A DNA stretch of 20,000 bases from Mesotaenium endlicherianum (Eukaryota). The position numbers and the translations under genes are program-made. Of the stretch, positions 1 to 11,551 are shown one piece after another. Below the pieces are notes generated by a model. The model was not told the origin of the DNA and ran no database searches. It saw only the letters and a program-made list of their open reading frames with translations. The stretch lies in assembly GCA_009602735.1 (NCBI GenBank), contig WELA01000598.1:174943-194942 (forward strand), given 5' to 3'. How positions within the stretch are numbered: the first letter of the stretch is position 1; each line of letters begins with the position of its first letter.

Positions 1-413
1 CATATGCGTCGATACGCTTTCCAGACACCAGGCATCGGCTGCCAGGTAAAAGCCAGATAGCACGAGCATGCGAGGCCATGGCGGAGCTTGGCCGTGCGCG
101 GGCCATGCAGAGGCTGAGATGCGCGACCTGGCATGCCCACGTGCTGCTTACGGTGCCAGGGTAGAAGAGTGCCACATGGCACGCACGTCGTCGTCCTGGT
201 TGAGCTTAGAACATCAAAACTCTGCAAAATTTAGTCATTAGTATGTGCTTGACCACTACAATTGTTGTATTATTCCCGTCATCCTCTGCACGAGAGAGGG
301 AGAGGAAGGGATGAAGGGTGGGTGGTGGTGGAGGAAGGGTGGGATGGAACCAGAAGAGACACACAGCAAGCTTCTTGGCTAGCGAAAAGACGAGACAAAT
401 GTCGCGCACTCAC

Positions 414-605
414 CAGGGGCATCTCCACTTGGGCCAGGGGCACCTCAAGGCTTTCGGGCGGGAGCATCTTCCAGAGGGTGGTGTGCAGCACCCGCACCAG
501 CGCCGCCCTCCGGCAGCACCCGTTAGCGTCGCGCACGATAGACTTCCAGCGGCCCGCTCTGGTGGCGGCGGCCACCACCTCGGGTGGGAGCTTCCTGGCG
601 GCCAC
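414..605 (-). CDS. POLQ: POLQ exon (VAARKLPPEVVAAATRAGRWK...GCCRRAA...VEMPL), immediately before the polymerase A domain
   Basis: gtgcag| ... ctg|gtgagt; 192 nt. EMPL is the family-A E(M/x)PL..VL..ME hallmark, with the remainder expected in the next exon outside the window. Confidence 0.92.
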
Positions 606-1317
606 CTGCACCCCACTCACGCAGGCAAGCTCTTTTTCATGCGCTGCTCGGGCCGACCTCACGAGATCCAGCCTCTCAGGATTGAGGACAAGGACAGCCC
701 GTGCAGTGCGTGGAAAGGGATGTGATTGGTAAGAGCCCATAGCGTACCGTCAAGCCACGCTTGCGAAGGATAGCAGAAAGCGAAGGTGAAATATTAGATT
801 AAATGGGACACTGGCTACTTTCCTGTTGTGCGAAATTAAGTAGTAGCAGCAAGAAACTTACTCATTTTCAAATTGAGTCAAGTGCCACGGCCTGATCCTT
901 ACTTGCGGACACAAAAGGTTGTGCTTTGGGCCCGGACAAAGTTGCCACAAGGGTGGAGTAGAAGCTTGTCAACACGAGCATTTGGGGCAAGTACTATGGG
1001 GGTAAAGCTCGTCCAGAAGCCCGCATATTATAGCACTGCTTCTTCTGTGTCTTGTCTGAGCATAATCACAATGGCACAAATGTTTGTTCTTCTCCCTAAA
1101 ACAGTTTTTTTGTTAAAAGGAAGAGACTGAAAGCACTCAACTACTATCAAAAGGGAGCAAGCAAGTACAGGTCAACCCCTCTTTAGGGAAGAAGCAGGTC
1201 AGAACGGCCCATTCTCCCCCTCCCAACCCCCCCCCCCCCTTCAAAAAGAAGGTGCCACAGCACAATAGTATAATGCCACTATACTCGTACGTGAAGCGCA
1301 ACGGGGGCAGTGCACAC

Positions 1318-3269
1318 CTTCTCCAGAGGAATGCTGGGTAGGTTCTCCTCATCCGGGAACAGTATCCACACAACAACGCGCATGTCCACCAGAGGATCGG
1401 CGAGATCAACGGCGGCCAGCTCCACTAACTCCGTGACGGGTGCTGGTGCAGCTCCCGGCAGCCTTGGCACTTCGTTGCATCGGTCGCGTCCCTGTTCCGC
1501 CTCTACTGCAGCCAGTGCTCCAACGCTGACACCTGGCCCTCCCACTGCATCAGCTTTCATACAATCAAATACCTCGTGGCCCGTGTCAGTTCCGCAGGGA
1601 CCTTGCTTGCAGCCTATGCCAGCTGGCGTGGGGCCCGTGGCCAGAGGCATCGTCTGGCTTCTCCTGGCAGCCGGTCTGGAGAGAGCCTTCAACTGGCGCT
1701 TGACATCCCACCCCACCTTGACCGCGTAAGCCTTGCTCAGCACCGCCGCTATCCTGCCCCACCGGTCTGTGACATCCTGGAGAGCCCTCTCTCTATCGCC
1801 TTTGGCCCCACTCTCCCTGTCAACAGCTCCCCCCAGGTCGCTCCCGCCTCTGTGCTCCTGTTCAGCCTGCGCTTGCCCGCTGCTCACCCCCGCGCTCTGT
1901 CGTGCACCGCCATGCGCTTCAGCACTTTGTCGCTCGTTCTCTCTTCCCGGGGCTGCTTTCCCCCTGGAGGGCTTCGCAGCCTTTTGGACGACAGGCACGT
2001 AGAAGACAGGAGAGCTCCTCCAGCAGACCGCCACTCCCTCGACTTCCCACGGCCCCGGCGGGGCCTCCCCCAATTTCTCCGGTATCTGGTTGAGGTGGAG
2101 GTCGAAGCAGAACTCCTGCACCGAGTCCCAGCTCTTCAAGAACGCGTCGAATCCGCCCGGCATGGTATCCACGTGAACAGGCCCGCTCTCCACGGGGGCT
2201 GTTGCTGCAGGCCTAGCTCTCTCTTCACGCACAGGGTGGACATGAGAGGTCATCGTTGCCCCGTCGAAGAGAGCACTACCCCCAGGTCCTGCCAGATCAG
2301 CCTCCACAGAGGGAGCTCCAAGGGCAGTGCCAGCAGCGCCAGGCTTGCGGTGCTGCTCCGGCAGAGGAGGCAAGCCCCCACCAAAGAGCCGCCTGGGCTC
2401 ATGGCCATGCTCTCCACCCCTACCTGTCCCCAACGCAGCCCCTGGTGGTGCACAATGACCTGCTGGCCCACGCCCCGGGCTCTTAAGAGCCGCGCCACTG
2501 CCAAGCTTCGCATCTAGGGGAGCGCTCCCCACGTCATCCCTGTTAAGTCCGACGCCAACCGCATCTGGTCTCGCAATCCTCGCACTCTTTATATTGACAA
2601 GATTCTTCCCTGCCTTTGCAAGACCATTCAGGCGCACAACATGGCTGGCACCTTGTAAGGACCCGGCCGCAAAAGCAGCCGGTCCCCTAACGCTTCCGGT
2701 GCCACTCGTCAATATTGCGTCCTGTGCAGCCGCCACGTGAACAGCAGCAACTTGAGCATCGCCTGAAACGAGGCCCGGTTTTGCCAGCTGGCCGACAACA
2801 GCACCCCCTGGTGGGTCCCCTGTGGCCCTGACCTTGAGCGGCCGCTTGCTGTCTGCCCCCTCTCCCTCACCTACTCCTTCTTGCGAGCCAGTGCGGCTCC
2901 TCTTGCGACCAGTGGGACCATCGGCGGACCCGCCAGCAGAGCTCGTCGCAGGAAGCACTGTAGCATCGCCAGATGGCAATGGCAGCTCGTGCTTACCGGC
3001 AGAGCCAGAGCTGCCCCCCTGTGCCCCCTCAGGTGCCCCCTCAAGTGGTCCACCTTTCTGCTGGCCTTGCCGTGGTGTGCTCAGAGGCCCTGTGGTTGCA
3101 GACGGGGTTGCCACTTCCTTTGTCAGCTCCCGAGACTCACTGGTGAGGGCCGCTGTGTTGGGGATGGGAGCGGCCAGGGAGGCAGGAATCTCCACGCCCA
3201 GAGCCCTCATGGCACTCGCAGCGGCCTCCCGAGCCTCCTCCGCTCTTTCCAGAAGGAGCCTCTTGGCGC
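1318..3269 (-). CDS. POLQ: POLQ large exon (1952 nt): end of helicase, G/A/P-rich linker and start of the inactive 3'-5' exonuclease-like domain
   Basis: Within the 739-aa ORF; ttgcag| ... aag|gtgtgc; phase 1 to 0; blocks GGFDAFL..W...EFCFDLH, GVAVCW..SPVFYV, KVGWDVKRQL, VDMRVVVWILFPDEE. Confidence 0.92.
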
Positions 3270-3607
3270 CTGCAAGGAGGTAACTTATCTGGGGCGTTAA
3301 GTGGCATAGACACATAGAGGAGAGAGAGGGCAGAAGAGTTGAACTTGTGAGCCTTAAGGACTCATTGGAAGGGTTGAGATGCAGCATGGGTAAGAGAAGT
3401 GATCTTCTGTGTGTTCGTGAGACAGAGAGATGGTAGGCTGCGCTTGCCTGACAGCTAAATGAGTCCAAAGACCCTACAGGTCTATAGAAGAAGAGCACTC
3501 ACGAAATAATGTGCTCCTGCGAGCTAGAAGAAGAGAAGTGCTACTTCTGAAATGAGAGATGTCAAATAGAAAGAAGAAAGTCAACCGTGGGGGTGCTGTG
3601 ACCATAC

Positions 3608-3676
3608 CGCTGCGTATCTTGCCGGCCACCATGAGGTGCTTGAACTGCGGAGCTCCTCCTTTGTTGCTAGAACCAT
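3608..3676 (-). CDS. POLQ: POLQ small exon (DGSSNKGGAPQFKHLMVAGKIRS)
   Basis: atgcag| ... g|gtatgg; 69 nt, phase 1 to 1. VAGKIRSGAKRLLLERAEEAR across the junction matches the recalled TEB VAKKIKNGARKIVL.KAEEAR. Confidence 0.85.
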
Positions 3677-4006
3677 CTGCATCCATGCAAAGAACTAGTG
3701 ACAGCTCAAAGTCCAAACATTGGCAGCAAACCCCTGCAATTGAGGCTGCTCGCACGGGGCTATGGAAGCAAGGATGTAAAGCCCTTGTGGAAGACAATAA
3801 CACATGGATAGATATTGAGCTCCGCAGCCCATGCCATCAACCCACTAAAAATTAGCTCGACTACTTGAATCTGGTTTAGCACACCCCGTGTATATGCTGT
3901 GGCTGAGAGGCCACCAAAGATGTCCCTGCAAGGCAGGTTCCAGCAACCCCGGGGAAGAAGCTGCTCAAAAAGGGGGGGCAGGTGGAGTTGGGTGGGGGGA
4001 GTGGGA

Positions 4007-4255
4007 NNNNNNNNNNNNNNNNNNNNNNNNNNNNNNNNNNNNNNNNNNNNNNNNNNNNNNNNNNNNNNNNNNNNNNNNNNNNNNNNNNNNNNNNNNNNNN
4101 NNNNNNNNNNNNNNNNNNNNNNNNNNNNNNNNNNNNNNNNNNNNNNNNNNNNNNNNNNNNNNNNNNNNNNNNNNNNNNNNNNNNNNNNNNNNNNNNNNNN
4201 NNNNNNNNNNNNNNNNNNNNNNNNNNNNNNNNNNNNNNNNNNNNNNNNNNNNNNN
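4007..4255. other. Assembly gap (249 N) inside a POLQ intron
   Basis: Run of N flanked by G-rich sequence; the exons on either side join in phase, so no coding exon needs to be missing. Confidence 0.99.
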
Positions 4256-4309
4256 GAGTGGGAGGGGGGGGGCGGGGGGGGTAGTAATGCTTATGCCTGC
4301 GTGCACTAC

Positions 4310-4424
4310 CTTGGGAGTGCCAGTTGGAAGTGAAGAGCAGCCGCGCAAGCTCCGCGGAAGTGGCATCAGCAATAGCTTGCACAGTCCTATAGCCCGCTGT
4401 CCACAGGGCCCTTGCTCTTGACGC
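4310..4424 (-). CDS. POLQ: POLQ exon, helix-hairpin-helix/RAR motif (ASRARALWTAGYRTVQAIADA...WHSQ)
   Basis: tgccag| ... g|gtagtg; RARAL motif; 115 nt, phase 0 to 1. Confidence 0.92.
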
Positions 4425-4726
4425 CTGGCAGCCCCACGAAAGCAGCACACATTCTAAGAGGCTACAGGAGCAGCCACGTATCACTCTCTGGACAAAGAAG
4501 GTCCTCTTCAAGTGCACGCACCAGCAACAACAGATGAGCATCGAAATGCAACGGAGGGTTACATGAAATTTCCCAGGTGACTTTCTCTACGTCAATGGCC
4601 GCTCCTTATGAGTGACAGAGATCGTTGAATATGTCCTCCACCTCTCCCCTCCCTCTTTATTTCCTTCGACACAGATAATCTCGGCTAAGAAGCACACTGG
4701 CACGAGGAAGAGGAGCGTGGCAGTAC

Positions 4727-4945
4727 CTTGACATAAGGAACGGCTATGAGGTCGAGAATCTCGCTCTTGACGCCGAATGAGACGCGCGACTGGAAGTTGG
4801 AGATGAGGCCTTGCAGGTCCGACCAGCCGATGCGCTCGCAGAACGTCGTCACCATGGACGCGAACCTCCCCGCATTCTCTTGCAGGCTCTGGATCTTTCC
4901 CTTGTCGGCCTCGAAGACGTGGCACACCTCGGCAAGAGGCCTTTC
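4727..4945 (-). CDS. POLQ: POLQ exon, ratchet/helical domain (ERPLAEVC...LQENAGRFASMV...RVSFGVKSEILDLIAVPYVK)
   Basis: gtgcag| ... aag|gtactg; 219 nt; highly TEB-like. Confidence 0.95.
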
Positions 4946-5315
4946 CTGCACGAGAGCATCACAGGGCCAGCAGGAAGATGATGTCCAGGATACCTGCTGT
5001 GAACATTGAGCCCTCGGTTGCAGTAGGGGACGAAAAATGCTGACTCGGGCGATACTGGCCAGATCTGGATGCAAAAATGGCACAGTCCAGTTCAAGAAAG
5101 CATGGAGAACCAAACACAGGGCTCATAGAGAACTCGTATATGAACAGACGTGCAACTCCTGTAACAAGCAGACATGCACAAACTCCAGTCCTCCCCTGCA
5201 GTGAAGCATGTGTGCACACACACGAGAGAGGGGAAGGGAAGGGAGAGGAAAATGGATGAGCGGGGGAGGGAGAGGGAGTGAAAGAGAGAAGTGAGAGAGA
5301 AGGAGAGAGCCACAC

Positions 5316-5453
5316 CTTGACAAGCTCGGCAAGCATGAGGGCCACAAAGAAGCGGTGGCACACTCGGAGCTTGTCTGGGTTGACATTGCTGCCGCCTCGA
5401 TATGCAAGGCGGTACAGGGTCTGCTCATCCACTCCGACATGGTTTCCCACATT
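5316..5453 (-). CDS. POLQ: POLQ exon (NVGNHVGVDEQTL...RVCHRFFVALMLAELVK)
   Basis: tggcag| ... aag|gtgtgg; 138 nt; VG..VGV.E and RF.VAL.L..LV motifs. Confidence 0.92.
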
Positions 5454-5730
5454 CTGCCACGACGGTGGCACTCACACCACCGCATCAGACGAGGTGGTCC
5501 GACTCTGACAATCTGCACTCTATCCTTGCTGCGGCATCATCAATGGTGCTCTGGAAATGTACTCGAGGAGAGCGACTGAGATGAGAAAATGACGTGAGAG
5601 AGCTGCTAGATTGGGATCAAGAAGCCGTAACACATAGCATGCGTCGATAGAGGTCTTGGCATGACACACAGGTTGCAGCTTGGGTACCTTGCACAGTCAC
5701 ACGGCTAGAACCTGGAGATAGAATGGCTAC

Positions 5731-5811
5731 CTTATCAGTCGGCGAGAGGCGCCCGAAGAGATCGCAATAGATGCCCCAGTTGGGGGGGAGTTCCACATAG
5801 GTGGGCGTCAC
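5731..5811 (-). CDS. POLQ: POLQ exon (VTPTYVELPPNWGIYCDLFGRLSPTDK)
   Basis: atgcag| ... aag|gtagcc; 81 nt; completes the LHLLYxVTP...PxW motif. Confidence 0.92.
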
Positions 5812-6373
5812 CTGCATCGGAAGAACCGCACATCTTCAGAACTCCGGAAATGTCTGTGCTGTCAGACGCCATTAATTGGTGATGGCTTGCACATGACAAG
5901 TTGCCAACGCACCAACTTTGAAGTGGACCGCAGTTCCTCCAGGCTCCACTTTATCAGTTTACACTCACGCTGCTGCTCCTACGAGGGGCCACCCTCTTCT
6001 AGCGATAGAGGGTGGCAGCTGACAAGCAAGATTTCCCATGGGTGCCAGAGCATTCCATCCAGCTTTGCCACCGTTCACCTTTGATGGAGAGCGCTCGGAT
6101 GAGTTACGTAAGCCAATCAAGCGCATCCTGCGTGTAAACTTATTGTCTGCAGGGAGGCATGCAGAACCTAGTGGAGCAGGTTGCAATTTGCCTCTCGAGG
6201 TCTGAACCTGCCCAGCCGTGTCTAATCAACATGACATGGGCAGCCACTTTGATTGATGGTATCTATAAGCGAGAGAACCAAACAGACACATGCAGAGCCT
6301 AGGGGGAAAATTGTGGGCTCAGAGTGAGGATCTGCCAGCCCCGACTGTTAGGGACCAGGGCAGCAGGAGTTGC

Positions 6374-6589
6374 CTGGTAGAGCAGGTGCAGGTCGGAGTG
6401 GAGCACGACGCCCTCGCGCCTGGCCTTCTCCAGGTCCGCGTGCACCAGCAGCGCCTCGTCCGGGGTCAGGGAGCTGCCGAACACAGCCTTGCCGAGCGGC
6501 GTGGATTCCCACACGCGGTTGGCGCCGTTGTGCACGACGAGGTGGTTCGAAACCAGCCACTCGAGGGCCTTCTTGAAGAGCTTCGCCGT
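6374..6589 (-). CDS. POLQ: POLQ exon (TAKLFKKALEWL...STPLGKAVFGSSL...VLHSDLHLLYQ)
   Basis: tgtcag| acceptor; TPLG.A...SSL and DLHLLY motifs; 216 nt; ends at an apparent GC donor cag|gcaact. Confidence 0.9.
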
Positions 6590-6911
6590 CTGACAGTCCC
6601 CGGCCCCAGATAGACAGCATAAGCAGCTGATGGGACGAGCCTACTGCCGCATCTTTTTCAGACTAAAAACATGCACATCTGAAGACCCCCTGCCCTTGGC
6701 CAAGGTCAAGCTCTCGATAAAAACGATGCACCACAGGCTCTGCCCTGTATCAAGCCCAAAATAATAATATTTGTTATATTGCCTGGCTAATTTAGACAGC
6801 ACAGTCCTGGCAGACCAGGCTACCAAACATTGAATCCTGCAACCATCTTCCCACAGCTAGGCCGGGCACTGAGGAAGGGAGGAAGGGAGGGAGGGAGGAA
6901 GAAGGCCACAC

Positions 6912-7121
6912 TTCAGGAGAGGGTTGAATTGCAAACAGCATAGTGCAGCAAACATATCGGTGGACATCCTCGGCGGTCTCCACGATGCCCCCCCCAATGA
7001 CTTCCAGGAGGGCGCGCGTCATAAACTTCTGGTCCTGGCCCAAGCACGACCTCAGAGGGGTGCAGCCGGCCGCCATGAGCTTCGACACTTTCTCGACCTC
7101 GTCTGGCTTACACATCATGAT
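6912..7121 (-). CDS. POLQ: POLQ exon, winged-helix region (IMMCKPDE...PLRSCL...RALLEVIGGG...QPSPE)
   Basis: ttgcag| ... gaa|gtgtgg; 210 nt, phase 0 to 0. Confidence 0.9.
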
Positions 7122-7413
7122 CTGCAAACAAGACGTCAAGAAAAGGGAGAAGGTAGCGAGCCGCTTGCGTGAGTCTCTCTGTGGGGACAGTGCATGAGCT
7201 ATGAGCCGTTCCATGCAACCTGCGCCTTGCACTTGGCACGTGAGTCACTTCTGCAGCAGTGCTTTGGTCGGGCGCGAGAAAAACCTGGGTCTGAGACGAT
7301 GAATGACACCCCGCAAGTGCAAAGTTCCTATGACAATGAGGTGCATACTGTAGTGCCTACGCCTCCTAGAACTGAAGCTAGAACGTTACAGGGACGAGTG
7401 CCAGGCCGCATCA

Positions 7414-7860
<447 letters not shown>

Positions 7861-8281
7861 TCAATCCACCGCTGCGTATGAAATGACCAACTAAATATGA
7901 TGCATATTGGACTTTTATGGAGAGATAACCACCATAGAGGAAGCAAACAAATGTACGTGTACAAGTTCAATACATTGCCCTGTTTCTTTGATCACACCAA
8001 CCACAGATGAGCGATTTTTAATGCAAGAAGCCTTGTCAGCCTGGCGTAGAGTATCCTAAGACTATAACACTGCCAGCTTTTCCAAATTCACGAGACCCTT
8101 TTGCAGAATGAACTGCGAACAAACAAGCACGTGACTGAGCCTCCATCATCATGCTCAGCTTGTGAGTTGTCACATACTTATCGACGAAATACAAAGGACA
8201 AGCGCAAAGAAACGGAGGCCAAGTGCCCAGACGAGACCACACAGGGCAAAAGCTTCTCTGCCAGCAGCTCTCATCACCTAC

Positions 8282-8527
8282 CGCTAGGCCGGCATGATGG
8301 AAGGCGACGCCAGCTGGCAATGTCTTGCCGAGCACCGGATCCAATCCCGTGGGGGACTTCTTCAGCTCCTCGATTGCAGAGAGGGCATCCTGGGGCCCGT
8401 CATTTCCGCCGCTCTCGCGCTGTACAGGTTCGAAACGGGGCAGGTACGCTGCCACGTGTATGGCTGCATTCTCGCATCGCTTCTTTGTCGGGTAGAAGAG
8501 AAGCACGGAGTGACCTCCCTTGACTAC
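8282..8527 (-). CDS. POLQ: POLQ helicase exon (VVKGGHSVLLFYPTKKRCE...GVAFHHAGLA)
   Basis: aagcag| ... gcg|gtaggt; motif IV and HHAGL; 246 nt. Confidence 0.95.
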
Positions 8528-9058
8528 CTGCTTCCGGCAGCACATCCCCCCCCATCACATCGTTTGACCTGGTGACTGTGAGACATGTATCTGCAAGTGC
8601 TATCCACAATGTGTGTATGAGTCTACTTACCTACATGCACGTGCGTATATGTACATATACGAACGCCACATACAGATGTGTTTGATGGTTGCCCCGAAAC
8701 ATGTGCATGGAAGGAAGTGTGTCAGAGTGTGAAAAAACAACACCATTGCATGACCCCTTGCCAGAATCACGGCAGTAGAGGCATCAGTTGGCCTGCCGGT
8801 CCCAGCGGTAGCAGCTGTCTATCAGGTGACAAGTATGACCGAAGCCGCATAGGAGCAGAGAGTGCTGTCACTGAACTGAGTCCCCATTCCAAAGCCAGAT
8901 CCTCCTCTCTTAACTTCCCCTGAAGCCTCATGGCCTTCTCCAACGACCACCCAGTAGACACTAATCATTAGTCCACCAAAACCAACACAAAAGCTATGCC
9001 ACACAGCTGCCACACTATCAAAGAAAGGGGGTCACTATGGGTTATGGGCCTGCCTCAC

Positions 9059-9220
9059 CTCGTGGCAGAGCTCCACAATGTGATCAGGATCTTTGTGCGC
9101 TAAGGCAGGATCCGGCCGGAGCGTGCGCACAACTTGCAGCCTGGCATTGAGCACCTGAGTCCCCACGATCATAACCTCGTCCAGAGGGACTGGCCTGAAC
9201 TGTGTCTCGTAAAGAGCCGC
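9059..9220 (-). CDS. POLQ: POLQ helicase exon (AALYETQFRPVPLDE...KDPDHIVELCHE)
   Basis: ctacag| ... gag|gtgagg; 162 nt; FRPVPL and DPDHIVELC motifs; absent from the ORF track. Confidence 0.95.
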
Positions 9221-9569
9221 CTGTAGGGGAGGGGAACAATATCACAAGTTATCAACAAAGAAAGTGCGTGCAAAATGCACACTCTCCAACTGTCTGCATG
9301 TAAGAGTATATCAACTGCTTAGCCCCAAGCCTATGTTGAACTGCCTTGAACGACGGTAAATGACAGCGACCAAGCTGTGACAGCCCAATAACTGGAGGCA
9401 GCAGTGGCAGAATACATCATTTTCGGCTCCTTCAGGACAGGAGGCGCATGCAAGCCATTCCTGGCAGGAGCATGAGGAGCTAACAAGTGCAGGGCAAGTG
9501 CAGGGCAAACAAAGCCATTGCTGTCCTAGAGGAGGCACGAGAGGGAGCGGTATCGAACGGCGTGCTTAC

Positions 9570-9806
9570 ATTCAGCCACTTGGCAATGCCAGAGATGTTA
9601 GAGATGGTGGCGCTCATGCCCACTATCTGCAGCCCCTCCCCAGAGTCGCTCTTCCCGCTGCTGTTGCCCGGGCTTGGGCATCCGGGAGAAGGGCTTCCCG
9701 TGCTGGGGCCGGGGCTGGCCTTGACCTTGAGCTGGCCCAGCCCGGCTGAGAACCGCAGCTTGGTAAGGAGAATCTCCAGCAAGTAGCCCCTGTCAGTGTC
9801 TCCCAC
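9570..9806 (-). CDS. POLQ: POLQ helicase exon ([19 protein letters not shown]...[20 protein letters not shown])
   Basis: cgacag| ... aat|gtaagc; motif III; 237 nt; contains the S/G/P-rich insert typical of plant TEB. Confidence 0.95.
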
Positions 9807-10237
9807 CTGTCGCACAGGGAAGGGGCCTCAAGTCAAGCATGGCCATGCCGGCCGAGCCTAGTTCCCCTAAAGCATGCCTTAGCGCTACTTACACCCCAAG
9901 TCTTGGACTGTTGCGCTTGTTAAGAAAGTGTACTCCCCCCCCCCCCAATCCATTTGCTTCCAGAAGCAGGAGTGACAAGAAGTCCTGTCATTCTGACTTT
10001 CTGCCTGATACCCACTTGGTTATGTGAGCTTTTACACCACCCCACAGTATTCTTTCCACAACGCCCAGGAGAAAAGCTTCCTTTTGTCACCAGCTCACCA
10101 ATGACTTTCAAGACAACACGACCTCATGCCAGGAAAGAATACACAACTTGCTGTTGCAGAGATGCAGCGCTATTGTGCCCTCCTGAGAGTCTGCTGATGT
10201 CTTGGCAAGCATAGGCTGAAGAGGAACGGGCCCTTAC

Positions 10238-10438
10238 CATGTGAAGCTCGTCGACGACAACAAGGGCCAACTCAGAGAGCCGCCCATCTTCCAGGAGCTG
10301 GTTCACGAGGGAGTTGGCCTTCTCGATAGTGCACACGGCCAGCGAGGTGTCTGCTGGCAGGGAGTGGGCCCCCTGGGTGCCGTAGAAGCCCTTCACTCTC
10401 TTCCCCAGGGGCTCTAGAAGCGCCTCCATATGCTCTGC
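10238..10438 (-). CDS. POLQ: POLQ helicase exon (AEHMEALL...VVDELHM)
   Basis: gggcag| ... atg|gtaagg; motifs Ib and II (DELH); 201 nt. Confidence 0.95.
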
Positions 10439-10742
10439 CTGCCCCAGCCAAATATTAAGCCAACCTAATATAGTAAGGATTTTGTTCTTGAAGCAGTCCT
10501 TGTACTCGCAGCCTTTGACGTCACATGCCACCTCCCCCTTGGCAATCGAGACTAGACAGAAGACAATAGGACAAAGATGCCAAGGAGCCGGAAATCAGCC
10601 CAGATAGAAGCCGAGCAAAGCCTGCACCCGGTGTAATGACAAGTAGACTAAATGGGAGAAGCGTGCAAAGTCAGAAGCTCAACTGAACCATGGTGGCGGG
10701 CGTGCCAAAGTCATCGTGCTGGTAATTGATCAGATCCGGTAC

Positions 10743-10848
10743 CTTCTCAGCACACAGTGCAACATAAGGCAGCACCAGAAGGGCCTTGCTGCCGGTGGTC
10801 ATCAGACGGCGCACCAGAAGAACCTCGGCCACCAGGCTCTTACCAGCG
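10743..10848 (-). CDS. POLQ: POLQ helicase exon ([36 protein letters not shown])
   Basis: tggcag| ... aag|gtaccg; Walker A GKS and motif Ia; phase 2 to 0. Confidence 0.95.
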
Positions 10849-11173
10849 CTGCCACACCATCACCAACAATGTAGGAGGAAGAACCCGTGTTTTTAATACG
10901 GTCTTAGAAAACCGGAGCTCGATGCTGAGCCTTCTGCCACAATCCAAGGAGGGAATTTGTGTAAAAGATGCATACTCTTACTCGTTATCAAGGCGGAGGC
11001 CACTAAGACTATGAGGGTTTGCTTTCACATATCAGATATCCAAGCCAAGAGGAGCCGCGACATCGCTGTGCAGAACCCCAAAATTTTGGAAGTGGTAACA
11101 ATACACAAGCTGAAGAAACACAGCGATTCACCACCCAAGATAGTGAAGTCAAAGAGTTCTGGGTGTACCTCAC

Positions 11174-11238
11174 CTTGTTGATGCACTGTATACCAAGTTT
11201 CTTCCGTGAAGGACGCCCTCATTGTTCAAGCACTCCAC
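11174..11238 (-). CDS. POLQ: POLQ helicase exon (VECLNNEGVLHGRNLVYSAST)
   Basis: gtgcag| ... ag|gtgagg; first half of Walker A; phase 0 to 2. Not in the ORF track frame. Confidence 0.93.
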
Positions 11239-11551
11239 CTGCACGTACATGCGGAAACGTGTGAGTATGGCAAAAGAGATGATATATAGCTCCTCTTATT
11301 CATGAGAAGAACGAGCATCACATGATACTCTCCTGTCTTTCAGGGTACTTCTGCTTACTAGCAACTCAAGTGTGTCACAACAGGGTCAAGACCAAATCGA
11401 GACCCCATTTACTACGTTCAGGACCTCCCTGCCTGCAGGGTTTTGGGTTGCAGAAAAGGTCAGGAGCAACATAAAGCAAGTGAGGTTAGCTCTTCAGAGC
11501 TGCAACTTTGACAAGTGTCCTAGCAAGCCCTCAGAAAGAGCTTGCACACAC

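Noticed and set aside
1..127. Possible next POLQ exon after tgccag| at 128 (VAHLSLCMAR...)
   Set aside because: The translation lacks the expected V..LA.ME..G continuation of EMPL, so it is treated as intron.
1576..2517. 313-aa plus-strand ORF and the other overlapping plus-strand ORFs over exons (e.g. 262-732, 2822-3300, 7424-7837)
   Set aside because: Antisense shadows of GC-rich POLQ exons with no recognisable domain.
3876..4541. ORFs running through the N gap
   Set aside because: Artefacts of N translation; only 4310-4424 is coding.
9484..9508. 11-bp tandem duplication CAAGTGCAGGG in an intron
   Set aside because: Two copies only; ordinary slippage, not an array or CRISPR.
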